From IMG/VR virus record IMGVR_UViG_3300021979_000001, positions 194,948 through 258,947 of that record: a stretch of DNA of 64,000 nucleotides, one strand, 5' to 3'. The position numbers and the translations under genes are program-made. The notes beneath the pieces were generated by a model. That model was not told the DNA's origin and searched no databases. It was given only the letters and a program-made list of their open reading frames with translations. The first letter of the stretch is position 1. Every line of letters starts with the position of its first letter. Shown piece after piece: positions 50,703-60,812 of the stretch. This stretch comes from a virus. Its lineage: Duplodnaviria; Heunggongvirae; Uroviricota; Caudoviricetes.

Positions 50703-51629
50703 TTATGAAATAATACATTTGTTAACGAAAACGTCATCCCATAAAACATAAGCGTTGTGTTTTGTTCCACCACCCATAGTTATACCACCGACATAATGTA
50801 TACCGGTGAAATTCAAATCGCGTAAGTGTTGTCTTAAATCAGCTTGTGCTTTGCTATTATTAATAAGTGGACTATCAGCACTGATATTCACCCACACTTC
50901 TCTAAATGTAGGTGAATATCCATCACCACCTAATTCATTATTTTGATAATCCAATACACCATAGTTTTTGTATTTGTTGACATATTGTATGAGGTCAGTT
51001 GCCGTTGATTTATCACCATACTGTTTCAATAAAACAACGATTACATTCAATACGTCATCAGATATTTCATCATCTGCGACTAAACATCTGTTTATATATG
51101 ATACTGGTATTTTAAATTTTGTGATTTGCGAGTTATTAGATTTTTTGCGAATGATATATTCACCCGTTACCTGTTTTCTTACTTCAACAGATGGTTCAAG
51201 TTCATTCCACATTGCCGTTGCATACTGTATACGTTTGTTATACTCCGGTATGGTTTCTTCTGTTCTAGCAGACCAATCCATGCCATTTGAATATGGCAAT
51301 GCATTTTTTCCCCAGGTTTCAAAGCCCGTTACCAATTTACCGTTTAGATCAATCCATTTTGATTTGTTTCTGATCCATCTATCTATTACGTCCTGTTTGG
51401 ATTTTGCAGACGTTACTCTGAAAATAATGTCACCATTAGTTGATGCTTTTGCCGTATAATCTTTTGCTATTCGGTTGTTGTCAGTGAGGTAAATGCCTTG
51501 TCCGAACAATGCAAACATATCAGTTTTATTTAAATCAAATGCATCTATTTGGGTGGAATCGCCGCGATACAAAATAACGTAGTTATCGCTTTCTGTTATT
51601 ATGTTAATCCATTTTCTAATACCGGTCAT
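50703..51629 (-). CDS. ADP-ribosyltransferase-like protein (start probably 51629)
   Basis: LYRGD....FD..K....FGQGIYLTD...A..Y; GAGG RBS; ATAAATA at 51652. Confidence 0.6.
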   Translation of the reverse strand: MTGIRKWINIITESDNYVILYRGDSTQIDAFDLNKTDMFALFGQGIYLTDNNRIAKDYTAKASTNGDIIFRVTSAKSKQDVIDRWIRNKSKWIDLNGKLVTGFETWGKNALPYSNGMDWSARTEETIPEYNKRIQYATAMWNELEPSVEVRKQVTGEYIIRKKSNNSQITKFKIPVSYINRCLVADDEISDDVLNVIVVLLKQYGDKSTATDLIQYVNKYKNYGVLDYQNNELGGDGYSPTFREVWVNISADSPLINNSKAQADLRQHLRDLNFTGIHYVGGITMGGGTKHNAYVLWDDVFVNKCIIS

Positions 51630-51750
51630 TTCGTTCCTCAACATTTTTTTATATTTATTGCAAATTCAAAGATATTGCAATCTGGTATGATGATGTAATA
51701 ATATCCATCGTTAATCCCCCGATAAATAATGATAGCGAGTGTAAATTGTT

Positions 51751-52287
51751 ATGAAAGCTGTGTTTACTTGTGGAAGAATGAACCCTGTCACGATTGGTCA
51801 TGAAAAATTATTAAACAAGATTGATCAATTGTGCTGCGAGCAAGGCGGACGCCCATTTGTATTTTTGACCAAAACTCATGATTCGGTTGAAAATCCATTG
51901 ACGATTGATGAAAAAATTCAATTCGTATGCCAGGTGCAACCGTCATTTACATATCTTCCAACGGTGAATGCGTTTTCTGCAACAGATTATCTGCTGGCGA
52001 ACGGGTTTACTGAATTGGTATGCGTGTTCGGTGAGGATAGAACTGATATGGCAAATCGACTGGTTAAATTTTATACCGGTCATATGACAAGTCACATTAT
52101 TGATCGTGCATCGAATGACGTAAGTGCAACTATTGTTCGTAAAATGGTTATTACGGGCAATCGGAAAATGTTTAATCAAATGGTCCCGTCTTGCTTGAAT
52201 AAAAATAAATTATACAAAACCTTGCAGGTTGGAATGGGAATTAAAAATGGTTCAAACAATAAACGGATTAACGGACACCGTAGCTGA
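51751..52287 (+). CDS. cytidylyltransferase-like nucleotidyltransferase
   Basis: GRMNP.TIGH, NPL...EK, GEDR, SAT.VR. Confidence 0.85.
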   Translation: MKAVFTCGRMNPVTIGHEKLLNKIDQLCCEQGGRPFVFLTKTHDSVENPLTIDEKIQFVCQVQPSFTYLPTVNAFSATDYLLANGFTELVCVFGEDRTDMANRLVKFYTGHMTSHIIDRASNDVSATIVRKMVITGNRKMFNQMVPSCLNKNKLYKTLQVGMGIKNGSNNKRINGHRS

Positions 52288-53068
52288 AGTTAAATTATCG
52301 CGTGAAATTGAAGCGGCTTTCCGGTCATCTGGGTCAAGCAACTCATTTTTCACATCATCAAATATATCGACGCCGCAACTGGTCGGCACAAATGCGTCGG
52401 TGAACGACCCGGCATCCTCCATATCGTCATACCTGGAACCTGCCCCGGACCTGCGGGTTAGATTAAAACCACTTAACGCCGATGAAGTGTATGGGGATGT
52501 CGGTGGTCAAAAAAGTATACTTGGTATTTTACGCGAAACTGGCGGACTTCTATTTCCATTCACGCCAACAATCAGTTTTAACCAAGATGTTAATTATCAA
52601 TCAATTAATATGACACATACAAATATGGACCTATCTGCTTATACCGGCACCCCGTCGGTGACACTAAGCGTAGTGGGTAAATTTACCGTTCAGAACCAGC
52701 GCGAAGGACGATACGCGATGGCCGTGCTGCATTTTCTTCGAACCGTATCAAAAATGTATTTTGGTGATGCTGATCGAATTAGTGGCAAAGCTGGCTTGCC
52801 GCCTCCAATACTGGTTTTCAATGGTTACGGTGAATATATGTTTAATAATTTACGCACCATTTTAAAAAGTCATAGTTACACATTTGATGATACCGTTGAT
52901 ATGGTGACGATCTATATTGATGGGTCTCCGGTTCGTATTCCAGCATTGTTCACTATTTCGCTAACATTACAGGTCCAACAAACACCACGTGCAATGCGCC
53001 AGGATTTCAGTCTTGACGCTTTCCGTAGAGGTGATCTCATGCGTAATAATAAAGGGGGATGGATTTAA
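52247..53068 (+). CDS. baseplate/tail-tube initiator (gp48/gp54-like)
   Basis: FPFTPTI, HFLR.V.KMYFG, G.PPP.L.FNGYG; leads the baseplate operon. Confidence 0.7.
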   Translation: MVQTINGLTDTVAEVKLSREIEAAFRSSGSSNSFFTSSNISTPQLVGTNASVNDPASSISSYLEPAPDLRVRLKPLNADEVYGDVGGQKSILGILRETGGLLFPFTPTISFNQDVNYQSINMTHTNMDLSAYTGTPSVTLSVVGKFTVQNQREGRYAMAVLHFLRTVSKMYFGDADRISGKAGLPPPILVFNGYGEYMFNNLRTILKSHSYTFDDTVDMVTIYIDGSPVRIPALFTISLTLQVQQTPRAMRQDFSLDAFRRGDLMRNNKGGWI

Positions 53069-53373
53069 TGTCTAGAATAACTTATTCCTCAAAATCCCCA
53101 TACGCCAAGACAAAACAAACATCATGGCATATTGGACAGTTCAATTACAGATCAATTCCAGCAAGCGAAGAAGATAGTATCATCATAGTGGACCGAAAAT
53201 ACAATAATCGTCCCGATCTACTTAGCTATTATTTGTATGGTGATAGCGAATATTGGTGGATATTTTATGTTCGTAATCGAAATGTAATGACTGACCCTGT
53301 GTTTGGATTACAAACAGGAATGGAAATTGTTGTTCCATCCGCATCACATGTTAAGCGCACGTTAGGAGCATAA
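53068..53373 (+). CDS. baseplate wedge protein (gp53/LysM-like)
   Basis: RPDLLSY.LYG....WWIF...N. Confidence 0.8.
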   Translation: MSRITYSSKSPYAKTKQTSWHIGQFNYRSIPASEEDSIIIVDRKYNNRPDLLSYYLYGDSEYWWIFYVRNRNVMTDPVFGLQTGMEIVVPSASHVKRTLGA

Positions 53374-53376
53374 TTA

Positions 53377-55773
53377 GTGGCATTACGTGATAATAAATCT
53401 GGTCTAATTGTTGAAACCCCTATTAATAGAAATCAATCATCGTTTGGTTCTAAATCTACTGGCACAACTACACAACAGCCATCCCAACAGGATGCACAAC
53501 CAACATCACCAGATAATCAAACGCAAACCCCATCACAATCTGATCGTAATAAAGAACGTGCTGGTGTCGTCATTAATGCACAAGCTGCCGATGATCTTAT
53601 TGACAGAACCTTAAATCTTGGTAGCACACCGAATGTTCTGAATAACAGTTTCAACTCAACATACAATTTCACTTTATTCATGACAAATGAAACTGATTTA
53701 TTAACGACACTTGGAACTGACAATATTACCGTGACCGAAATGCAATCGCGTTTGGAAAATCTTAAGCGCGTGGTAATTGCACAAACTGGCGTTACTGGCT
53801 TCAATATCAAAGATGTGACCATTAAAAATATTGTTGCGCCAAATTCGGAAAGCAGAAGCACAAACACCACCGGAATTACTATCGAAATTGTCGAACCACT
53901 CGGAACCAGTTTTCTTGATACAATCAAAAATTCCGCAATAGAACTTGGTGTCCAGAACTGGCAAAAAATGTGGTATTATCTGGAACTATCTTTCATTGGA
54001 TATGATGAAGATGGATATATTGTTGACCCGGTATATGACATGTTTTTACCGAATGGCGGGCGGTGGATTTGGCAAATTCAAATCACCGATATTGATACCA
54101 GATTTGATTCCGGTGGAAGTGAATACACCATTACTGCAATACCAATGGACGAAACTGCGTTGGCGTCGGAATACCAAAAAATCAAAGATCATGTTAAGGT
54201 TGAAGCAACTAATATTGGTGAATATTGGGATAACCTGGCCGATGCGTTAAATACCTCATGGCGTTTGCGGTATGGTGATGACATCGTGTCATTCAAATTT
54301 AAAGCCCATAATATACGGTTTCATGGAAAAGAATATTCTGCGCGGGATATTCGCAATTTTTCATTAATCCCTAATGCACCAGAATTGAACAGTATACAAT
54401 CCGCTCCCTTGGATGGGCGACGTGGCATCGCTGCCGAAGCTGCCCGCGATACAAATATCATTGATTTGGTAGAGTATGCGTTCGTTAATTGTGAAAAGGC
54501 GCAAAATTTAGGTCTAGACAGATCAACAAGACAGGGTTCAACCGAAACAACAGAAAACTTTCGTGAGTCAATTATTTTTCGTGTTGAACCAGAAGTGCGC
54601 GTTACCGGGTATGACATCATTTCAAATCAATATGTCAAGGAAATCACATATCATGTTTTTGGATATGCAACCCAGTCCGTTATTTTGGACCGCCAGGACG
54701 TGTTGAACGCAGAAAATGACGATGTGCAGCGAAGTATGATAAAGCGTCTTGTAGACCACGGTTTCCTGCGCAAACGATACGATTATCTGTTCACCGGAAT
54801 GAATACAGAAATCACCGGGTTGGATGTTCGATTTAATTTCGCATGGAATGCAGTCTTGCCCCGATTAAAGGGCTGGAATTATACCCTTGAATCAGTTGAA
54901 GCCCATTCCCGGATTGACCCACTGTTAAAACAAGCCAGAAATACACAACGTTCTTTGGCTGATTTAACATCCGAAATTTCTGATTTGCAAGATGAACAAC
55001 GTGAAATACAAGGTATCCCGATTGGCAAACGAACCGAAGAACAAACCGCCCGGTTATCTCAACTACCGCAACTTATTCAAGATAATTCGGATACACGGGA
55101 ATTTCTGTTAGGACAGTTTCATTGGGAAAAAACGCAAACAACAAAATTGACAGAAGAATATCGCAAAAAACAAGCGGAACGTGATACAACAGAAACGAAT
55201 ATTGTGTATGCGGAAACGTTAACAGGCGTTCCAGAAAGTGTTCCGTTAATGATTTCCTTCGAGCAAGGTGGGGAAGAAGCCCGCGATGCAACCGGGGTTG
55301 GTTTCCGGCCACAATATCACCGTGATATGTCCGTATATGGGGCGATCCTTGACCAATTATATGCGCCAATGACAAAACAAATGATGACAATTGATATTGA
55401 AATTAACGGTGATCCATATTGGATTGGTGCCGGTAATTTTGAACATCGTGCTAACCTGGCAATGAATGAAATTCCAGTTCTGGCAAAAGATGCCGTTGTT
55501 GCAAATTATAGCGAAGGTGATAATACGTTCTTGTTAACATTTAAAATGCCGTATAATTTAGGTGATGATAGTAGAAGTGTTATTAGACAACGAGATACGT
55601 TCAATGGTGTGTATCGCGTCACCGAAGTAACCAATGTTTTTTCTGGTGGTGTGTTTAAACAAACATTACACGCAAACCGTTTGCCATTAATTGACATCTT
55701 CAAGGCAATGGGGGTATCAAGTATTGGTGATGGTTTTACTTATGATTCAAATTATAATGGCGCACCGAGGTAA
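53377..55773 (+). CDS. baseplate hub-like protein (gp27-like)
   Basis: I.GDPYW...GVYRV..V...FSGG.F.Q.L C-terminus; lies before gp5. Confidence 0.65.
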   Translation: MALRDNKSGLIVETPINRNQSSFGSKSTGTTTQQPSQQDAQPTSPDNQTQTPSQSDRNKERAGVVINAQAADDLIDRTLNLGSTPNVLNNSFNSTYNFTLFMTNETDLLTTLGTDNITVTEMQSRLENLKRVVIAQTGVTGFNIKDVTIKNIVAPNSESRSTNTTGITIEIVEPLGTSFLDTIKNSAIELGVQNWQKMWYYLELSFIGYDEDGYIVDPVYDMFLPNGGRWIWQIQITDIDTRFDSGGSEYTITAIPMDETALASEYQKIKDHVKVEATNIGEYWDNLADALNTSWRLRYGDDIVSFKFKAHNIRFHGKEYSARDIRNFSLIPNAPELNSIQSAPLDGRRGIAAEAARDTNIIDLVEYAFVNCEKAQNLGLDRSTRQGSTETTENFRESIIFRVEPEVRVTGYDIISNQYVKEITYHVFGYATQSVILDRQDVLNAENDDVQRSMIKRLVDHGFLRKRYDYLFTGMNTEITGLDVRFNFAWNAVLPRLKGWNYTLESVEAHSRIDPLLKQARNTQRSLADLTSEISDLQDEQREIQGIPIGKRTEEQTARLSQLPQLIQDNSDTREFLLGQFHWEKTQTTKLTEEYRKKQAERDTTETNIVYAETLTGVPESVPLMISFEQGGEEARDATGVGFRPQYHRDMSVYGAILDQLYAPMTKQMMTIDIEINGDPYWIGAGNFEHRANLAMNEIPVLAKDAVVANYSEGDNTFLLTFKMPYNLGDDSRSVIRQRDTFNGVYRVTEVTNVFSGGVFKQTLHANRLPLIDIFKAMGVSSIGDGFTYDSNYNGAPR

Positions 55774-55779
55774 TTTTTT

Positions 55780-57765
55780 ATGAATATTAATAAATCTCCG
55801 TCTAACCGAACCCCAGGTGCCAAAGGACGAATAAGGGAAGGTGGCATTTATGTTGGAATAATTAAGGATTCAAAAGATGCCCAAAGAATGGGTCGTTTGG
55901 ATGTTTGGATTCCCGAATTAGGGGGTGATCAAAATGACCGTCGGTATTGGATAACGGTGTCATATGTCAGTCCATTTGCCGGAACCACTCCTATTGATGA
56001 TACCGTATCAAATGGGGTGAATATGTCGGACAGCCAACAGTCATATGGTTTCTGGATGGTTCCGCCAGATACCGGTAATATGGTTATTGTTTGCTTTGCA
56101 AACGGCGATACCAGCCGTGGTTATTGGTTAGGATGTGTATACCCGCAATTCATGAATCATATGGTTCCAGGCGTATCTGTAAACAAAGCAACAACCGCTA
56201 CCCCTGGAACATTGCCGCCTGTTGTTGAATACAACAAAAATAGCAAACAAAATCCAAATGATCCCTTACGACCCGTGTTCACACCATTGCATAATGGTTT
56301 GGTGAACCAAGGGTTATATTCTGATCAGGAAAGGGGGCCGTCATCATCAAGTGCCCGCCGTGAAGCACCATCTAAAGTTTTTGGGTGGTTAACGCCACGT
56401 GGGAATAATATTCACGTTGATGACAATCCTGATAACGAATTTATTAGAATGCGCACACGATCCGGTGCGCAAATTATGATAAGTGAAACAACCGGATTCG
56501 TTTACATTAATTCAAAGAAGGGTAATAGCTGGGTAGAAATATCTGATAGTGGTATCGACATTTATTCTAGTGAGTCCGTTTCTATTCGATCCGAAAAAGA
56601 TGCGAACGTGCATGCGGATGGAAACATTCTGTTTGATGCCGGTGGAGACATCAGTATGAAAGCCGGGGGTAAAATAACAACCCAGTCGGGTGGTGATACC
56701 CTTATGAAAATGGGCGGAATGTTTAACGCACAGTCAGGTGGTGATACGTTGATAACACCAGGAGGGAAATTCTCAACTACTGCGGGTGGTGATATTTTAC
56801 TACGTGCCGAAGGATCAAACTTACGTGTTGGGACTTTTATTGGTGACAATTCGCAACCAATTCCAGCAAATAGTGGCGTTACCGTTCCATCACAGAAAAA
56901 ACAATATGATGTCAAAAGTGGGGAACGAACATCCACACAATCAATTGTAAATCGTATGCCATCACATGAACCCTGGACAGGACATCCAAAAAATGGAAAA
57001 GCTGTTTCTCCGCCGCGTGGTGTTCAAGTTGTGCCGGTTGATCCCGAAAATATTAAACAAATTGAAAGCCGGGGTGGTAATCCGATTTCTTCCAGCGTCA
57101 CGTCGGAAACCTCAACCCGCAAAATTGTTACTGGAACCGGGGTAACCGTTGAAAAATCATACACTGATAATTCTCCGAAAAAAAATATCGGGCCAGCAAA
57201 AATAAGTAATAACGTATTATCTAGTATCCGAGAAGCATCCGATGAAACCGGGGTGAGTTTTGGTTACATGATGGCTATGGCAGAAGTAGAAAGTAGTTTC
57301 GATCCGAATGCCAGGGCGGGGACATCTTCTGCAACAGGACTGTATCAATTTACCGATTCAACTTGGTCAAGTATGGTCAATAAATATGGCGATCAATACA
57401 ATATTGGCATAGATGATCGTAAAGACCCAAGAGCAAATGCTATTATGGGTGGATTGTTTGCAAAAGAAAATCAGACGTATTTAGAAGTAAATGGGCACGA
57501 TGTCCAGAATACAGACTTGTATATGGCACATTTTTTGGGGCCAGGTGGTGCAAATCAATTCTTGAATGCATTGGAAAAAAATGGCAATCAACCGGCATAT
57601 CAAGCGGTATCTGCTGGTGCCGCACAAGCCAATAAATCTATTTTTTATGATGCAAAAAATGGTAACAGACCACGCACCCTGCAAGAAGTATACAGCAATT
57701 TTCAAAAGAAAATTGAGCCGAAAACCGTGGTATATACACCATATTATAATGATTCAGACGCATAA
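55780..57765 (+). CDS. baseplate spike gp5-like with C-terminal lytic transglycosylase
   Basis: OB fold (D....GRL.VWIP), beta-helix repeats, then ESSF.P.A....SSATGLYQF...TW and YMAHFLG.GGA. Confidence 0.9.
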   Translation: MNINKSPSNRTPGAKGRIREGGIYVGIIKDSKDAQRMGRLDVWIPELGGDQNDRRYWITVSYVSPFAGTTPIDDTVSNGVNMSDSQQSYGFWMVPPDTGNMVIVCFANGDTSRGYWLGCVYPQFMNHMVPGVSVNKATTATPGTLPPVVEYNKNSKQNPNDPLRPVFTPLHNGLVNQGLYSDQERGPSSSSARREAPSKVFGWLTPRGNNIHVDDNPDNEFIRMRTRSGAQIMISETTGFVYINSKKGNSWVEISDSGIDIYSSESVSIRSEKDANVHADGNILFDAGGDISMKAGGKITTQSGGDTLMKMGGMFNAQSGGDTLITPGGKFSTTAGGDILLRAEGSNLRVGTFIGDNSQPIPANSGVTVPSQKKQYDVKSGERTSTQSIVNRMPSHEPWTGHPKNGKAVSPPRGVQVVPVDPENIKQIESRGGNPISSSVTSETSTRKIVTGTGVTVEKSYTDNSPKKNIGPAKISNNVLSSIREASDETGVSFGYMMAMAEVESSFDPNARAGTSSATGLYQFTDSTWSSMVNKYGDQYNIGIDDRKDPRANAIMGGLFAKENQTYLEVNGHDVQNTDLYMAHFLGPGGANQFLNALEKNGNQPAYQAVSAGAAQANKSIFYDAKNGNRPRTLQEVYSNFQKKIEPKTVVYTPYYNDSDA

Positions 57766-57766
57766 T

Positions 57767-57797
57767 AAAAAACCCGGTTTGAAACCGGGTTTTCTTT
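57767..57797. terminator. bidirectional terminator
   Basis: AAAAACCCGGTTT-G-AAACCGGGTTTTT. Confidence 0.8.
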
Positions 57798-58051
57798 TAA
57801 TCGATGATTTGGGTGATTGTCACATCCAAGTATCCCCTACTATATGGATAACGTGTCAACCCATCTGGTGATATGCTTTGTTGCTTCAACGCCTCGATCT
57901 TTCGATCAATCCGGGTGACAAATTGGTCATGTGTTTCATTGGGTGCCTGTGCCATCGCCCCTACATTTTCCACGATGTCTTCCCGTTGACCGCCGTAGTA
58001 TTCATCATACTTATGGACAATTACCGCAACATACATAATAAAACTCCGCAA
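57797..58051 (-). CDS. hypothetical protein
   Basis: 84-aa ORF; GGAG RBS before the internal ATG (MYVAV). Confidence 0.6.
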   Translation of the reverse strand: MRSFIMYVAVIVHKYDEYYGGQREDIVENVGAMAQAPNETHDQFVTRIDRKIEALKQQSISPDGLTRYPYSRGYLDVTITQIID

Positions 58052-58127
58052 ATTTATTAATAATAATATATACTATTTTAAAAAATACAACTGTTTTTTT
58101 GTATTTTTTGTTATAGATAGAAAAAAG

Positions 58128-58395
58128 ACCAATGCTGATCCAGCGATCCAGCGCCCGTTGATTGATTTTATCATCAACGTCGGTGACGTTTCTAACATAA
58201 GTCACCTTTGAGTAAACATGGCGCAAAATACGAACCAGCGTATCCAAACACCACTACCGGGCGAGCATTTCCAATATGGGCAGTGTCATAAACCGTTGGT
58301 TCGCATACATACAAACGCACATGATCATGGTCAATCGGAACAAATTTCCGATTTTTCTTGGTCATGGTATCGTGCAGTATGATTGGCATGATCAT
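58128..58395 (-). pseudogene. cysS: truncated, frameshifted cysteinyl-tRNA synthetase fragment
   Basis: [17 protein letters not shown] (HIGH motif) continues after a 1-nt insertion as [25 protein letters not shown], then homology ends. Confidence 0.88.
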
Positions 58396-58608
58396 TTTCC
58401 CATATTAAATTCATTGGGAAAATGTGATGATCCCAATGATAAACGCGATCAGTGAAATTAAGAACCGCATGATGTTATGATCCTTCTGCTAATTACAATT
58501 ATGATACCATGTTAACATAGTATTACAATTCGTCCAGAAAAAGATCAATACCTCCAAATGCGACACAAATCCATTTTAATCAGTTGAATAAAATAAGTCA
58601 ACCATTTT

Positions 58609-59766
58609 TTAGGAACCAAGCATACGCATTTTCATTTCCGGCAATATTTCTTTTTTATAACGTTCGCTAATTTCATTAATCTGATCTGTTAGTCGTTGGC
58701 TTATTTCAAATTTTATATTTACGGCATCTGTTAACTCGACAAACCTTGAATAGTCGATTGTCTTACCACCCATATCCATTAGTATTTGAGTAAATGTTTG
58801 ATCATAGTTAAACCAGTTTGTTGTTTTTACAAGGTTAATTTCATTTCCTGATTTGATGTTCAATACAACCGCCGTTATTTGATCCAATGCCGGGGTTGCA
58901 TCAATATAAATGCATCCGGTTGCCAAATATGCACCATCGAGCGAATGTAATGATAACTTATACGGCACCGAATGATATTTTTCGGGAGACATCGCATTAC
59001 TGACCAAATTAATGCTTTTTGATTTGGTAAACCGGAAAATAAATTTATTTCCAGTAATATCAAACCCATCTTTGGCAAAGAACAACGAAACATTTTCGTG
59101 CCCAATTATTTTTTCCATTGTAGCAACAGATCGTTTCATTACTTTTTGTGCTTGTTTACGCGTTTTCTTGTCACGGAATGAAACGACGGGAACACCACTA
59201 ATGTTATTAATGGCATTATTGGTAATAAGTCCTGATTTTCCACTTAACGCAGCAGCTTTCAAATCGGTAACAATATCAGTAACCGCTTGAAAACGTTTTT
59301 GCATTTCATTAAAACGCCTGGACCAATTTTCAATTTCGGTGTCATATTTGGTTTTCATGGTTCTGGTGGTATCCAGCAACATTTTCTTTTCATCTTCGGT
59401 AATATCACGGATTTTAACCAAATCTGATTTGGTCGTATATGGGTATTCCGTTTCATCAACCCCCCAAAATTGACAAACTGCGAGACGTGCCCGTTCATTG
59501 ATTAATGTGAGAATGGCATCGTTAAACTGATATTCATCGCCACGACACCGGGTAACATCATAAACAACTGCCGCTTTTTGATTCAATGAAGCCGCATCCC
59601 ACCACACATCAAACTCATGAGTTACTTTACCAATAATGCTATCACTATTCTGGTGTGGCTCCACATCCATATAAAAATCTGAATAAAATAATTCAGCCCA
59701 TGCAGCAATATCCGGGGTGATTTCAAGACGTTCATGCGCATTTACAATGAAGTATGAATAATCCAT
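58609..59766 (-). CDS. hypothetical protein
   Basis: 385 aa; C-terminal CIY...TPALDQ..A..L....G.E......NW. Confidence 0.75.
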   Translation of the reverse strand: MDYSYFIVNAHERLEITPDIAAWAELFYSDFYMDVEPHQNSDSIIGKVTHEFDVWWDAASLNQKAAVVYDVTRCRGDEYQFNDAILTLINERARLAVCQFWGVDETEYPYTTKSDLVKIRDITEDEKKMLLDTTRTMKTKYDTEIENWSRRFNEMQKRFQAVTDIVTDLKAAALSGKSGLITNNAINNISGVPVVSFRDKKTRKQAQKVMKRSVATMEKIIGHENVSLFFAKDGFDITGNKFIFRFTKSKSINLVSNAMSPEKYHSVPYKLSLHSLDGAYLATGCIYIDATPALDQITAVVLNIKSGNEINLVKTTNWFNYDQTFTQILMDMGGKTIDYSRFVELTDAVNIKFEISQRLTDQINEISERYKKEILPEMKMRMLGS

Positions 59767-60296
59767 TACCGAAACACCAACAAATCAACAAGTTGTTTGA
59801 ACTCGCTCTTATACTGTGAAATATAATGCGGTTCATTTTGTGCCAGCAAAAGTTCACAATGTTCGTAAAACCGTGCGGCAATTTTAGGAATGTTCATTCC
59901 GTTTTCAATTTCGCGGGTAATGGTTTCTGGGATAGATGCGTCGATCAAATCAACACCCGGCTGGAACGCATGGCATTTTTTAACCAAGTCATGTAATGAC
60001 CCAGATGGTGTTGTTGGAACCAATTTTCCCAACATATCAGACGTGTTGCACGTTTCCTTACAAATAACACGATCTATAAAATACATGTTATTTTGACGCA
60101 CTATATTTGCGCCTCTCGTGACAATAATGTTGTCGTCTGGATGATAGCGAACAATTAATTTCAGATCGTTGAAATAATGCTTCAATAGACGATATTGAAT
60201 GATCCAACATGGATCGTCGATTTTTTGCCCGAACCACGATATTGATTGTTTCGGCAGATAGGTAATTTCACCTGTTACCGCATTGGGCAAAAACAT
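59766..60296 (-). CDS. hypothetical protein
   Basis: 176-aa ORF coupled to the downstream gene. Confidence 0.65.
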   Translation of the reverse strand: MFLPNAVTGEITYLPKQSISWFGQKIDDPCWIIQYRLLKHYFNDLKLIVRYHPDDNIIVTRGANIVRQNNMYFIDRVICKETCNTSDMLGKLVPTTPSGSLHDLVKKCHAFQPGVDLIDASIPETITREIENGMNIPKIAARFYEHCELLLAQNEPHYISQYKSEFKQLVDLLVFR

Positions 60297-60396
60297 GATT
60301 AAATCCCGTGATCATTATTACGACAATAAATAAGATTATCATAAAGGCTGGTGTTTATCCAGCAATAAATAGATAAAAGCATGGTTTACTAACATT

Positions 60397-60795
60397 ATGA
60401 AAAGACCGTTTCAAAAAAAATTGTTCACTGGATTTTCCACGTATGACGCCGGGTTTGATATGAACATCACGCATTACGATGTTGATTTGATCAAGCGTGA
60501 TCTATTGAATCACTTCAACACCCGAATTGGGGAACGTGTGATGCGTCCTGAATATGGGTGCCGCATATGGGATTATCTGTATGAGCCATTAAATCACGTT
60601 CGCGACGACATTGTTTCAGAAGCGGTTCGCATTTGCAATAATGATTCCAGGGTATCCGTGCAATACGTAAATGTCGAACAGCTTGATAACGGATTGCGCG
60701 TTGAAATAAGTTTAACGTATGCCTTGCTAGATGTCACCGATACTTTTTCATTAGATTTCGAGCGCCGCCAAAATGCAGAAATCACACAGAATTGA
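60397..60795 (+). CDS. baseplate wedge gp25-like
   Basis: D.DLIKRDLLNHF.TR.GERVM.P.YG..IWD.L.EPL...D.RV. Confidence 0.92.
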   Translation: MKRPFQKKLFTGFSTYDAGFDMNITHYDVDLIKRDLLNHFNTRIGERVMRPEYGCRIWDYLYEPLNHVRDDIVSEAVRICNNDSRVSVQYVNVEQLDNGLRVEISLTYALLDVTDTFSLDFERRQNAEITQN

Positions 60796-60812
60796 TTTTT
60801 TAGGATAAATTT

